Assembly: GCA_046704725.1 (NCBI GenBank)
Contig: JBJKRI010000005.1
Span: forward strand, 192,001-256,000
Length of the DNA: 64,000 bases
Direction of reading: 5' to 3'
Source of the DNA: Candidatus Woesearchaeota archaeon
GTDB taxonomy: Archaea > Nanobdellota > Nanobdellia > Woesearchaeales > SKIA01
The notes below the pieces were generated by a model. The model saw nothing but the letters and a program-made list of their open reading frames with translations, was not told where the DNA came from and made no database searches. This document shows, piece after piece, positions 39,829-49,267 of this stretch (position 1 is the stretch's first letter; each line of letters begins with the position of its first letter). Made by a program: the position numbers and the translations under genes.

Positions 39829-40520
39829 ATGGGGCTGAAATACACGTTCAATACAGCTCAGCCGCTCACGCCGGCACTAAGTGAGTTCATCGGCGCTGTC
39901 ATCGGAGACGGTTGCATGTCAACAAACAGGCGTCAAGTGTTTCTCACAGGAGATTCTGAGAAAGACAGAACATATTATGAAACGGTAATCGCTCCGTATT
40001 GCCAACGAATATTTGGATTCTCTCCTTCCATTTACGTGCGGAAGGACGTGCCAAGAGCCATTATTCTCCAGATATCAAGCAAAGCGGTCTTCGACTTTCT
40101 GCACGACCGCTTCTCTATCCGACCGAACAAGACGCATACCGTGCGGATTCCTGATGAGATCATCGCGAAGCCGAAAATGACCGTCGCCTGCCTCCGAGGG
40201 CTCTTCGATACGACGGAGGCGTGGGATTCGACCGCCGACCTGCGTACAGCAAACCGTACATTCGCCTGAACTTCACCACTTCGAGCGAACATCTCTCACG
40301 ACAGGTGTCAGTCGCGTTGCAAAGTCTCGACATACAACATAGTCTCCGGAAGAAGACCAGGAGGTACTGTTACCAGATCCAAATCAACGGACCTCAGCGT
40401 GTCGCGCGTTTCCTCAGGCTTGTTGGGTTCTCCAATCCGAGGCATCTCTTAAGACTTCCGTGTGACATGCTGCGTGATATCTGGCCGTTCGTGTTCAACT
40501 CCGAAGGCTTCATTCCTTGA
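39829..40520 (+). pseudogene. Free-standing two-motif LAGLIDADG endonuclease, frameshifted near 40212 (pseudogene or sequencing error)
   Basis: EFIGAVIGDG first motif; CLRGLFDT|DG second motif restored by adding one G; downstream frame has YQIQI.G...F...VGFSNPRH. Confidence 0.8.
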
Positions 40521-41103
40521 ACCGCGACTTCCCTTTCTGCGACGCCCACGCCATGATGATGCTCACCACGATGACGCCTCCGATGAGCAGCAAGGCGACA
40601 GAGTCCCAGATCTTGAGGGCGTGCGAGAGCGCCGCGATGGAGACTCCCGAGTAATAGCCGAGCAGCGTGAAGACCAATGAGTAGCCCGTGCTCATGGGGA
40701 TCGACAAGGAGATGAACTTGCGGAAGTCCATGCGCGTCACGCCCGCCGAGATGAGCCCTGGGACGGGGACGAACAGCTTGGAGGCGAGCAGGGTCTTCAC
40801 GGGATGCTCGCGGAACAATCCCTCGAACGAACGGAGGCGCTCGTCGGTGACCCCGACGCGCGGACCGTACCTATCAACCAGCCGTGCGCGGCCGAAACGT
40901 CCCACGGAATACAAGACGATGTCGCCGATGACGTTTCCCAGCGCGGAGAGCGCGAGGATGAGGTAGACGTTGAGCAGGCCGATGGACGCCGCCATGGCCG
41001 CAGCGAAGGTCGTGATGGGGCCCTCCACGACGAAAATCACCGCGAGCAGGGGATAGCCTGCCGTCTGCACGAAAGCGAGCAGTCCAGTGGCTGGGGCGAC
41101 CAT
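40510..41103 (-). CDS. DedA family membrane protein
   Basis: G.VIGD..LY..GR.G, multi-TM. Confidence 0.85.
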   Translation of the reverse strand: MVAPATGLLAFVQTAGYPLLAVIFVVEGPITTFAAAMAASIGLLNVYLILALSALGNVIGDIVLYSVGRFGRARLVDRYGPRVGVTDERLRSFEGLFREHPVKTLLASKLFVPVPGLISAGVTRMDFRKFISLSIPMSTGYSLVFTLLGYYSGVSIAALSHALKIWDSVALLLIGGVIVVSIIMAWASQKGKSRFKE

Positions 41104-41211
41104 CGGTCCCTCACGTGAGAAGGGTGTTTAAATCCTTACTGTCGCGCCGACGCTCTTGCAGCACAGGAGACTATAAATAGAGGCTATCCGCAGACGTTTT
41201 CGGGGGTAACC

Positions 41212-42108
41212 ATGCAGAAATATCTCGATATGCTCCGCCACATCCTCGCGTACGGGACGGAGAAAGGCGACAGGACAGGGACGGGAACGATCAGTGTCTT
41301 CGGATACCAGATACGCTTCGACCTCTCGGAGGGATTCCCGCTGCTCACGACGAAGAAGATGTACACGCGAGGCATCTTCGCCGAGCTCATGTGGTTCTTG
41401 CGGGGGGACACGAACATCCGCACGCTCGTCGAGCAGAAAGTGAACATCTGGAACGCGGACGCGTACCGGGCGTACCGCGGATCGCTCGATTTCCAAGGGG
41501 AGACGGAGGAGGAGTTCGTCGAGAAGATACTCACGGACGACGACTTCGCCGCGCGGCAAGGAGACCTCGGCCCCGTGTACGGGGCGCAATGGCGCAACTT
41601 CGGCGGGGTCGACCAGATCCAGCGCGTCATCACCAGCCTCGAGAAGAGCCCGGACAGCAGGCGCCACATCGTCACCGCGTGGAACCCGGTCGACGTCGAC
41701 ACCATGGCGCTGCCGCCTTGCCACGTGCTCTTCCAGTTCTACGTGAGCGACGGCAAGCTCAGCTGCCAGCTCTACCAGCGCAGCGCCGACGCTTTCCTCG
41801 GCGTGCCGTTCAACATCGCGAGCTACGCGGCGCTCACGATGATGATGGCGCACGTGCTCGGATACGAGCCCGGAGAGTTCGTGCACACCTTCGGCGACCT
41901 GCACATCTACAAGAACCACACGAAGCAGGTGCGCGAACAACTGCGCAGGAAGCCCTATCCCCTGCCGAAACTCTGGCTCAACCCGGAGATCAAGGACCTG
42001 TTCGACTTCACCATAAAGGACATCAAGGTGAAGGACTACCAATACCATGAGCGGCTCACAGCACCCCTCAACTCGGAGACCGTGGTCGCGCAGGTGATCG
42101 GTAAATGA
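41212..42108 (+). CDS. thyA: Thymidylate synthase
   Basis: [43 protein letters not shown]. Confidence 0.97.
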   Translation: MQKYLDMLRHILAYGTEKGDRTGTGTISVFGYQIRFDLSEGFPLLTTKKMYTRGIFAELMWFLRGDTNIRTLVEQKVNIWNADAYRAYRGSLDFQGETEEEFVEKILTDDDFAARQGDLGPVYGAQWRNFGGVDQIQRVITSLEKSPDSRRHIVTAWNPVDVDTMALPPCHVLFQFYVSDGKLSCQLYQRSADAFLGVPFNIASYAALTMMMAHVLGYEPGEFVHTFGDLHIYKNHTKQVREQLRRKPYPLPKLWLNPEIKDLFDFTIKDIKVKDYQYHERLTAPLNSETVVAQVIGK

Positions 42109-43328
42109 GCCTCTCCGCGGACGACCCCGAGATCTCCGCGGCGATTCGGGCTGAGGCGGACCGCCAACGACACACCCTCAACATGATCCCCTCCGAGAAC
42201 ATCGTCTCGGACGACGTGCGAGAAGCCTCGTCGAGCGTGCTCATGCACAAGTACAGCGAAGGGTATCCTGGGAAGCGCTACTATCAGGGCAACGCGCACA
42301 TCGATGTTGTGGAGCGCATCGCGATCGAACGCGCCAAGGCCTTGTTCGGCGCGGACCACGCGAACGTGCAGCCGCTCTCGGGAAGCCCAGCGAACTTCTC
42401 GGTCTATCTCGCGCTGCTCGAACCTGGAGACGTCATCCTCGGTATGGATCTCGCGAGCGGCGGACACCTCACGCACGGGAGCACAGTCAACTTCAGCGGG
42501 AAGATCTACAAGGCCGTGGGCTACGGCGTGGACGAGAAGACGAAGTGGATAGATATGGAAGCGGTGCGTCGACTGGCGAGAAAGCACAAGCCGCGCATCA
42601 TCGTGAGCGGCCACTCGGCGTATCCGAGAGCGATCGATTTCGCGGCGTTCGGGAGGATCGCGAAGGAGGTGGGGGCGTACCACCTCGCCGACATGTCGCA
42701 CATCGCGGGCCTGGTCGCCACGGGAAAACACGAGAATCCCGTGCCGCACGCCGACGTCGTGACGAGCACGACGCACAAGACCTTGCGGGGACCGCGCGGA
42801 GCGATCATCCTGTGCAGGGAAGAGCACGCGAAAGCCATCGACAAGGCGGTGTTCCCCGGAAGCCAGGGCGGACCGCACAACCACATGATCGCCGCGAAGG
42901 CCGTGGCGTTCCGGGAAGCGTCATCGCCCCGTTTCGCCGACTACATCGATATCGTCGTGAAGAGCGCGTCGCGCCTCGCAGAACTGCTCTCGGCGCACGG
43001 ATTGTCATTGGTCACCGGAGGAACGGACAACCATCTGCTCCTCATCGACCTGACGCCGACGCACGGCGCGGGGAACGGGCGGAAGATCGCCCAAGCGCTC
43101 GAGCGCGCGGGAGTCATCGCGAACGCGAACGGCGTGCCGTTCGATTCCGCCCCGCCGTACCGTCCGAGCGGACTGCGATTAGGGACGCCGATGCTCGTGA
43201 GCCAGGGCTTCGGCGTAGAGGATATGGACTGGGTGGCCTCGTGCATCACCCGCACGCTCGACCATCCGGAGGACGAGGGGCTGCTCGACGCGATCGCCGC
43301 AGAGGTGCGCAAGCGATGCGACAGCTGA
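42105..43328 (+). CDS. glyA: Serine hydroxymethyltransferase
   Basis: [40 protein letters not shown]. Confidence 0.96.
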   Translation: MSLSADDPEISAAIRAEADRQRHTLNMIPSENIVSDDVREASSSVLMHKYSEGYPGKRYYQGNAHIDVVERIAIERAKALFGADHANVQPLSGSPANFSVYLALLEPGDVILGMDLASGGHLTHGSTVNFSGKIYKAVGYGVDEKTKWIDMEAVRRLARKHKPRIIVSGHSAYPRAIDFAAFGRIAKEVGAYHLADMSHIAGLVATGKHENPVPHADVVTSTTHKTLRGPRGAIILCREEHAKAIDKAVFPGSQGGPHNHMIAAKAVAFREASSPRFADYIDIVVKSASRLAELLSAHGLSLVTGGTDNHLLLIDLTPTHGAGNGRKIAQALERAGVIANANGVPFDSAPPYRPSGLRLGTPMLVSQGFGVEDMDWVASCITRTLDHPEDEGLLDAIAAEVRKRCDS

Positions 43329-44485
43329 GCTATGCCGAGAGCGTCTCGGCGCTCTATCAGAAACGCGAGCACGCCGACATGCACTATCGCCTGGAGGACA
43401 TGCGCGCGGCGTGCGCAGCGCTGGAGAACCCGCAACGCTCGTTCCGCAGCCTGCACATCGCCGGGACCAATGGCAAGGGATCGGCGGCGTGCATGGCAGC
43501 GACCATCTTCGGAGTTGGTCGACGCGTGGGCCTGTACACTTCCCCGCATCTCATCGACATCCGCGAACGCATCCAGGTCGATGGAGAGCCGATCACGCCA
43601 GCGGACTTCGCGCGGCTCTATGTGCGGGTCGCCGGCTTCGGGCTGAGCTTCTTCGAGACGGTCACGCTCATCGCCTTCCTGTATTTCGCTGAACGGCACG
43701 TGGACCTCGCCGTCATCGAGGTGGGGCTCGGCGGCCGGCTCGACGCGACGAACGTGCTCGACGGGGACGTCGCTGCCATCACGAGCATCGGACTCGACCA
43801 CATATCCGTGCTCGGCGACACGCCCGAGCACATCGCTACTGAGAAAGCAGGCATCATCAAGCACGGACAGGACGTGGTCATCACCACGGACAATCGATCA
43901 TTGTCGACGGTCTTCGAGGAGACCACGAGAGAGCGGGGCGCGCGGATCCATTGGGCTGCGCCCTACACGGGACGCGTCGGGATGCGCGGGCCCGTCCAGC
44001 GGCTCAACGCAGGGGTCGCTGCCGCGGCGTGCCGATTGCTCGGCGCGAGCGAAACGGACATCGAGCACGGTATCGCTGTCGCGCGATGGCCAGGACGCTT
44101 CGAGCGCGTGGGACAGCGTCTGATAGTGGACGGCGCGCACAACGCGCAGGCGCTTGAGCGCCTCGGAGCGTTCCTGCGCAGCGAGGGGATGCGGCCGAGC
44201 GTGGTCTTCGGGACCTCTCAGGGTCGGCCCGCCGACACCGCGTCGTTCCTGCCGTCGAGCGCGCTCATCCTCACGCAGTCCGGCCAACGCTTCGCGACCC
44301 CCGTGTCGCTGCTCGCCGGCGAGCGCAAGGAGCCCGACCTGCGAAAAGCGCTGCTCTCTGCGCTGGAATCATGCCTTCCTGGCGAGGACGTGCTCGTGAC
44401 TGGTTCGCTCTATCTCGTGGGGGATGTTTTCGCGCTGCTGCGAGAGGACGAGACGCTCAGACACGCGTTCGGGGTGGAGCGGTGA
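43316..44485 (+). CDS. folC: Folylpolyglutamate synthase/dihydrofolate synthase
   Basis: HIAGTNGKGS, YTSPHL, EVGLGGRLDATN, EKAGI, DGAHN, TGSLYLVG; ATG at 43316. Confidence 0.93.
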   Translation: MRQLSYAESVSALYQKREHADMHYRLEDMRAACAALENPQRSFRSLHIAGTNGKGSAACMAATIFGVGRRVGLYTSPHLIDIRERIQVDGEPITPADFARLYVRVAGFGLSFFETVTLIAFLYFAERHVDLAVIEVGLGGRLDATNVLDGDVAAITSIGLDHISVLGDTPEHIATEKAGIIKHGQDVVITTDNRSLSTVFEETTRERGARIHWAAPYTGRVGMRGPVQRLNAGVAAAACRLLGASETDIEHGIAVARWPGRFERVGQRLIVDGAHNAQALERLGAFLRSEGMRPSVVFGTSQGRPADTASFLPSSALILTQSGQRFATPVSLLAGERKEPDLRKALLSALESCLPGEDVLVTGSLYLVGDVFALLREDETLRHAFGVER

Positions 44486-44958
44486 TCGCGGTCATCGTGG
44501 CCATGACGTGTGACGGCGTGATCGGGCGCGACGGGAAGCTGCCGTGGCACCTGCCCGAGGACCTCAAGAATTTCAAGCGCCTCACGTCGGGCCATCCGGT
44601 GATCATGGGGCGGCGGACGTTCGAGAGCATCGGCCGGCCATTGCCGCACCGGCAGAACATCGTGCTGAGCACGCGCGTGGAGCCAATAGATGGCGTGACC
44701 GTGGCCCGCAGCCTGTCGGAAGCGTTCGGTCTTGCGCAAGGCGATCCGGTCTTCATCATCGGCGGGGCGTCTGTCTACGCTGCGGCGCTCCCCGAAGCGG
44801 ACGTCCTCTATGTCTCTTGGGTGGATGGGACTGTGGAGGGAGACACATCCTTTCCCGCGGTGGACTGGTCGGCCTGGAAAGAGGAATCTTCGGAGCGACG
44901 GGAAGGCTTCACCTTCTCGACGTACATCAGAAGCGCGCCAGAAGCTCGTCCTTCTTGA
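44482..44958 (+). CDS. folA: Dihydrofolate reductase
   Basis: IG..GKLPWHLPEDL..FK, IMGRRTFESI, IIGG, GDT.FP; GTG start overlapping folC stop. Confidence 0.94.
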   Translation: MIAVIVAMTCDGVIGRDGKLPWHLPEDLKNFKRLTSGHPVIMGRRTFESIGRPLPHRQNIVLSTRVEPIDGVTVARSLSEAFGLAQGDPVFIIGGASVYAAALPEADVLYVSWVDGTVEGDTSFPAVDWSAWKEESSERREGFTFSTYIRSAPEARPS

Positions 44959-45079
44959 AGGCGCGCTGGCACTCGAAACAGACCACGTGGCGCTTGCCCT
45001 TCGCGTCCTTGACGTAGGTGCCGACGATCTTGCCCAAGAATGTCTTCTGGATGGGTTGTTTGCACGACGCGCATTTCAT
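44927..45079 (-). CDS. Small Zn-binding hypothetical protein
   Basis: MKCASC...TFLGKI.GTYVK...VCFECQ. Confidence 0.7.
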   Translation of the reverse strand: MKCASCKQPIQKTFLGKIVGTYVKDAKGKRHVVCFECQRAFKKDELLARF

Positions 45080-45150
45080 GCGATGAGCGACATTCGCGGA
45101 GCATAAATGCATGACGATACTATTAAATAGTGATTACGTGTGGCGGATAT

Positions 45151-45627
45151 ATGCGAGTGCTGTGGGATTCCAGCAGGTTCTACAGCCGCGTCTCGCCGTC
45201 CGAAGAGACGCGACTCCACGCAGTAGTCTCCACGACAGGCGATTATCTGAGACGTCGGTCGCGCGAGCACCTCATCGCGGGCGTCGGGGGCATCCTGACC
45301 AAACCGCTCGCCGCGGACGCGACGGACATCGACATCGTCGTGGTCAGCGGAGTCGATGCCGTCCTCGACGACTATGTCGCCCTCTTGAGCGCGAAGTTGT
45401 CGTCCACGGAGGCGGCGGTGGTCGCGAAGGCCGGTGACCGCTCGGGAGAGGTCGTCAGGATCGCCCCGAGGGAATCCGGTCTCGATCCGCGGCTGTACGT
45501 GTCCTCAGCGGTCCGGGTCGGATTCACCCACGGCCGGCCGATGGACGTGCATTGGGCTGTGACGGATCCTGAGACCTGGTGCCATGCGCAAGAGGAATTC
45601 GCACTACCGTACGCCGTGCTTGATTGA
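45151..45627 (+). CDS. Hypothetical protein with nucleotidyltransferase-like motif
   Basis: GVGG...TDIDIVVV and later MDV. Confidence 0.45.
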   Translation: MRVLWDSSRFYSRVSPSEETRLHAVVSTTGDYLRRRSREHLIAGVGGILTKPLAADATDIDIVVVSGVDAVLDDYVALLSAKLSSTEAAVVAKAGDRSGEVVRIAPRESGLDPRLYVSSAVRVGFTHGRPMDVHWAVTDPETWCHAQEEFALPYAVLD

Positions 45628-45631
45628 GCTT

Positions 45632-45937
45632 CTACAAGTCCATCCGGGCGAGGATGTTATCGAGGCGCTGCGCCAAGGCGCGGACGCGCTCGGCGTCATG
45701 GCGAAGCGTGTCGTTGACATAGCCGATGGACTCCTCGTTGCGCAATATCTCGTTCAGACGCTTGCGGAGCTGCTCGCAATAATCGATATGGGCGCGCAGC
45801 GTGTCCTGGTCGTGATAACCCATGTCCGCGCTGCGGCGGATCTGGTCGACGCTGCGGCGCTCCTCCGCGGAGAGCTCGTATCCTTGATAATCGCGTGGAT
45901 TGTCGTAGGTGGGATCCATATCGACCATAAGGGTCAT
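45632..45937 (-). CDS. Coiled-coil hypothetical protein
   Basis: ATG trimmed to 45937 to exclude tRNA overlap. Confidence 0.5.
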   Translation of the reverse strand: MTLMVDMDPTYDNPRDYQGYELSAEERRSVDQIRRSADMGYHDQDTLRAHIDYCEQLRKRLNEILRNEESIGYVNDTLRHDAERVRALAQRLDNILARMDL

Positions 45938-46003
45938 ATAGTGTATGAAGCCTAAAAGCATTCCTGAAGCTTTAAGAATGGATGGACGGTCCCTAGTATA
46001 TAC

Positions 46004-46077
46004 GGGGTTGTGGTCTAGCTTGGTATGATTCGCGGCTGGGGGCCGCGAGATCCCCGGTTCGAATCCGGGCAGCCCCA
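46004..46077 (+). tRNA. tRNA-Pro(GGG)
   Basis: GGGGTTG/CAGCCCC acceptor, CGCGG-CT-GGG-GG-CCGCG, GGTTCGAATCC. Confidence 0.95.
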
Positions 46078-46184
46078 TCCGTTCTTTTCTTCGTCGTTGG
46101 GGTTCGGTATTGGGCCCAGCGTCCTCTTTCACCTTCGGGGAATGCCAACACAAGGCTTAAGAGGGCATTTGCCGGTGGGGATGC

Positions 46185-46946
46185 ATGCCCGACGACGCCC
46201 TGCGGTACGTGCGCAAACGACGCGGAGAGGGCGCGTCCGACGATGACGTCGCGCTCGAGCTCGTGCGCACGGGGATGACGCCCGAGGAAGCGGAAGAGGC
46301 GTTGCTTTCCGCGGGACGGCCTCGTAGGAAGGTGCGGGTTCCTCCTGCGCGTCCGGTGCGGCGCAAGACGGACTACCGGATGCTCGTGCTCGGGACAGGA
46401 GTATTGGTGTGCATCGCGTTCATCACGCTCGGCGTGATCGGACTGCTGCAGACCGATAGTGTCCCTGCGCAGAACAGCACCGTGCAGACGCAGCCCGTGC
46501 AAGCGATGCCTCCCGGTCCCCCGGTCGTGTGCGACACCTGGCCGTGCATCGAACAGGCAGCCGTGGCGTGCCACGAGGCGAACTATACGTACACCTCGAC
46601 GGTGGATTTGCTGGGGACGTTGGTGACGAGCACGCGACGTCTGGGGATACTCAGTCCTGCGGGCGACCTGTGCAACGTGCGCTTCACGACATTGTCGGAG
46701 ACCATCGCCTTCTCCAAGAGCCTCCGCGACCGGATGCGCGCGCAAGGGAAGAGCGCGATGGAGATACAAGGAGCGCTGGATAGCGCTCGCGCGAACATCC
46801 CGACAGCGGTACAGAACGGGTATGGGACGTGCACGATCGATGGTGGGAAGCTCGCGCAATCGCTCGCGCAATGGGCGTCGGGGAGCGGAAGCGTGCATGA
46901 TATCGCGCAGTACTGCACCGGGCCGCTGTTCAATTACACTGGCTGA
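46185..46946 (+). CDS. Membrane-anchored Cys-containing hypothetical protein
   Basis: N-terminal YV.KRR.EG.SDD.V..EL..TG motif, TM helix, extracellular Cys pairs. Confidence 0.65.
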   Translation: MPDDALRYVRKRRGEGASDDDVALELVRTGMTPEEAEEALLSAGRPRRKVRVPPARPVRRKTDYRMLVLGTGVLVCIAFITLGVIGLLQTDSVPAQNSTVQTQPVQAMPPGPPVVCDTWPCIEQAAVACHEANYTYTSTVDLLGTLVTSTRRLGILSPAGDLCNVRFTTLSETIAFSKSLRDRMRAQGKSAMEIQGALDSARANIPTAVQNGYGTCTIDGGKLAQSLAQWASGSGSVHDIAQYCTGPLFNYTG

Positions 46947-47431
46947 GCATTCCCCTGCCAGCGCGGGAACAAGCAGGGCAACTGCTGCGGCGCGTACAAT
47001 CCTGGTCTGGTGGCGAAAAGCTGCAAAGCGCTGTGATAGACCCCTCTTTCGATGCTATCTCCTGTATTGCTGAACAGGATCCTGCGGGGAAACGTCTTGC
47101 GGGCGTGCTGGCGGATGAACGTGTCGGTGTCTTTGATGGCGTTGGCAGCGGGCCGAGCAACCTCCTCTTGGCGGAGGTAACCGAGCATCTGCGTGAGGGT
47201 GGCTTGCGCGCGGAACACCTCCAGATATGTCGGGACGCGACGCATGGTGATGGCGATGGGCGGAAAGACGGCGTACAATATGCGGTATCCTGCTTCGCTG
47301 GGGAGCCGGCGTTCAAGAGCGTCTACATCGAGGACATCCTGGTCGTAGAGCGCGGGCGGTTCGTGCGCCAGGTGAGCGGCTATCGCTCGATCACGCCCAA
47401 CGAAGAATTCCCTGCGCTTGTCCGGGTGCAT
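46934..47431 (-). CDS. Hypothetical protein
   Basis: ATG downstream of TTAAATA box. Confidence 0.45.
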   Translation of the reverse strand: MHPDKRREFFVGRDRAIAAHLAHEPPALYDQDVLDVDALERRLPSEAGYRILYAVFPPIAITMRRVPTYLEVFRAQATLTQMLGYLRQEEVARPAANAIKDTDTFIRQHARKTFPRRILFSNTGDSIERGVYHSALQLFATRPGLYAPQQLPCLFPRWQGNAQPV

Positions 47432-47474
47432 ACGATGGGCAATTTCCGGCCCTATTTAAGCGTGGTTTCTTGGA

Positions 47475-47735
47475 CTACTTCGCGAACGCGTTGTACAGCA
47501 ACGCGACCAGCGCGCCGGCTATGGCGCCGTCCGCGAAGCCCCAGAGCGCGCCGATGATCCCTCCGATGAAGGACGGAGCGAAGCCGATGTAGAGGAAGGC
47601 GATGGGTCCGACAAGGCCCGCGCCCCAGCCGAGGGCTGCCGCCCAACCGAGGAAGAGCATGTACAGGCCCCACGTGAGGCCGAAGGCCAGAGTGGCTGCG
47701 CGGACGCTCATCTTGGAAGATCTCTCTTTTGCCAT
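47475..47735 (-). CDS. Small Gly-rich membrane protein (resembles families often labelled holin-like)
   Basis: TWG...LYIGF.P..IG.IIG..WGF.DG...LYN. Confidence 0.6.
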   Translation of the reverse strand: MAKERSSKMSVRAATLAFGLTWGLYMLFLGWAAALGWGAGLVGPIAFLYIGFAPSFIGGIIGALWGFADGAIAGALVALLYNAFAK

Positions 47736-47790
47736 GACCTACGTAATGGAGCGTATTCTTTTTAAATGGGTCGGTGTTCTCCCGCGATAC

Positions 47791-47865
47791 GCCCCTGTAG
47801 TGTAGTCCGGCCAATCATTTCGCCCTCTCGAGGCGAAGACTCGGGTTCGAATCCCGGCGGGGGCA
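47791..47865 (+). tRNA. tRNA-Glu(CTC); probable integration site
   Basis: GCCCCTG/CGGGGGC acceptor, TCGCC-CT-CTC-GA-GGCGA, GGTTCGAATCC. Confidence 0.95.
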
Positions 47866-47916
47866 TCGCGCTGGCGGTATTCTTTATGCCTACCTGATAT
47901 AAAAGGAGGCAGCATC

Positions 47917-49089
47917 TTGAAGAATATGACAGCAGCGTTCGACGCCGCGAAGGAAGAGGGCCGGATAAGCCCAGAAGACGCCGAACATTTTGAGGATTTC
48001 ATCAGGGAGTACGGCACCCTGAACAAGCTCTCAAAGAGCTCTAAGTACAAGTACTATTACGTGGCCGCCACGTTCCTTGGGTGGCTGCACGAGCGCGGCA
48101 AGACCTTGACCACGATCGACAGGGATACGGCGTTAGAAATCATCCAGTGGCTCCAGGAGAGCGCCTGGGGAGAGGAGACGAGGGAAAGCTACATGGATCG
48201 CTTCACCCGGATCTACAAGCACGTGGCGGAGCGCAAGGGTCTTGAGAAGACAGAGGGCTACAAGATACTCGGAAACTACCGCTACAAGATAGACCAGAAC
48301 AACGTCACGAAGAAGGGTATTCTGCGTCCAGAGGAAGTGCTTCGGCTGGTGCATGCGGAGCATGAGCTCTGCTACAAAGCTTTCTTCGCCGTCCTCTATG
48401 AGAGTGGAATGCGTAAACAGGAGATTAGGAGCATCAGACTGCAAGATGTGGAAGCAAAGGGCGATAAGTACGTCCTGCACATGCAAGAGAGCAAAACCAA
48501 AATCAGACCCATTACGCTTATGGAGTTCTCAGTAGCCTACCTCAGGCAGTGGCTACATTACCATCCGACGAAGGGCGACCCGGAATCAAAGTTGTTCCTC
48601 AACGCTCACGGACGACCCATCTCCGGCGCCATGGCGAACAAGAGGATCAGACAATTGCTCGCAAGAACTGGGATCAAGACGAAAAAGATCACCATGCATA
48701 GCTTTAGACACTCCAAAGCGACCGAGATGGCAGAGATCCTGAATGAGTTCCAGATGTGCAAGATGTTTGGGTGGGGCATAGGCAGCGATATGCCACGGCA
48801 GTATATCAGAGAGCAGAATATCGATGTCACGCGAAGTATCATGCGTGCAAGAGGGATGGTTGAAGAAGAGCATCAAAGACCACCTGGAAAAATTTGTTTA
48901 TCCTGCTCACAACAGAATGCGCTTGAAGCTAAGTACTGCGACAACTGCAAATTACCTTTGGACAGAACTCGATACGAAGCTGTGAAGCAGAACATGGACA
49001 ATGAACGCATGATTCGCGCGATCATGGAGGAGAAGCACAAGGAAATCCTCCAAGTACTGCGGCAGGAGCTAAAACTCCAACCCACTTAG
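47917..49089 (+). CDS. Tyrosine recombinase/integrase with C-terminal Zn ribbon
   Basis: YESGMR.QE, SKT, HSFRH, FGW..GS.MP..Y; CLSC...CDNC; AGGAGG RBS. Confidence 0.93.
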   Translation: MKNMTAAFDAAKEEGRISPEDAEHFEDFIREYGTLNKLSKSSKYKYYYVAATFLGWLHERGKTLTTIDRDTALEIIQWLQESAWGEETRESYMDRFTRIYKHVAERKGLEKTEGYKILGNYRYKIDQNNVTKKGILRPEEVLRLVHAEHELCYKAFFAVLYESGMRKQEIRSIRLQDVEAKGDKYVLHMQESKTKIRPITLMEFSVAYLRQWLHYHPTKGDPESKLFLNAHGRPISGAMANKRIRQLLARTGIKTKKITMHSFRHSKATEMAEILNEFQMCKMFGWGIGSDMPRQYIREQNIDVTRSIMRARGMVEEEHQRPPGKICLSCSQQNALEAKYCDNCKLPLDRTRYEAVKQNMDNERMIRAIMEEKHKEILQVLRQELKLQPT

Positions 49090-49267
49090 CTACACGCTCG
49101 AAACGGTGTGTCCCATCAATCTTCGAGCCCAAGCTCTGCAGAATGGACTGATTTGGGCGTCAAAACATATCAAAATGATATGATTTGGAAATTCCCCAAT
49201 ATCAGTACGAAATCGACCCGGACCCCTGTCATAAGCTCTTAAATATCTGCTAAGGGAGTAACAGGAC

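Noticed and set aside
42545-43315. Apparent 257-aa N-terminal extension of FolC
   Set aside because: Overlaps glyA in another frame; FolC homology starts at ATG 43316
47475-47735. Holin as evidence of a provirus
   Set aside because: Lies on the host side of tRNA-Glu with host-like GC; no lysis or virion genes nearby
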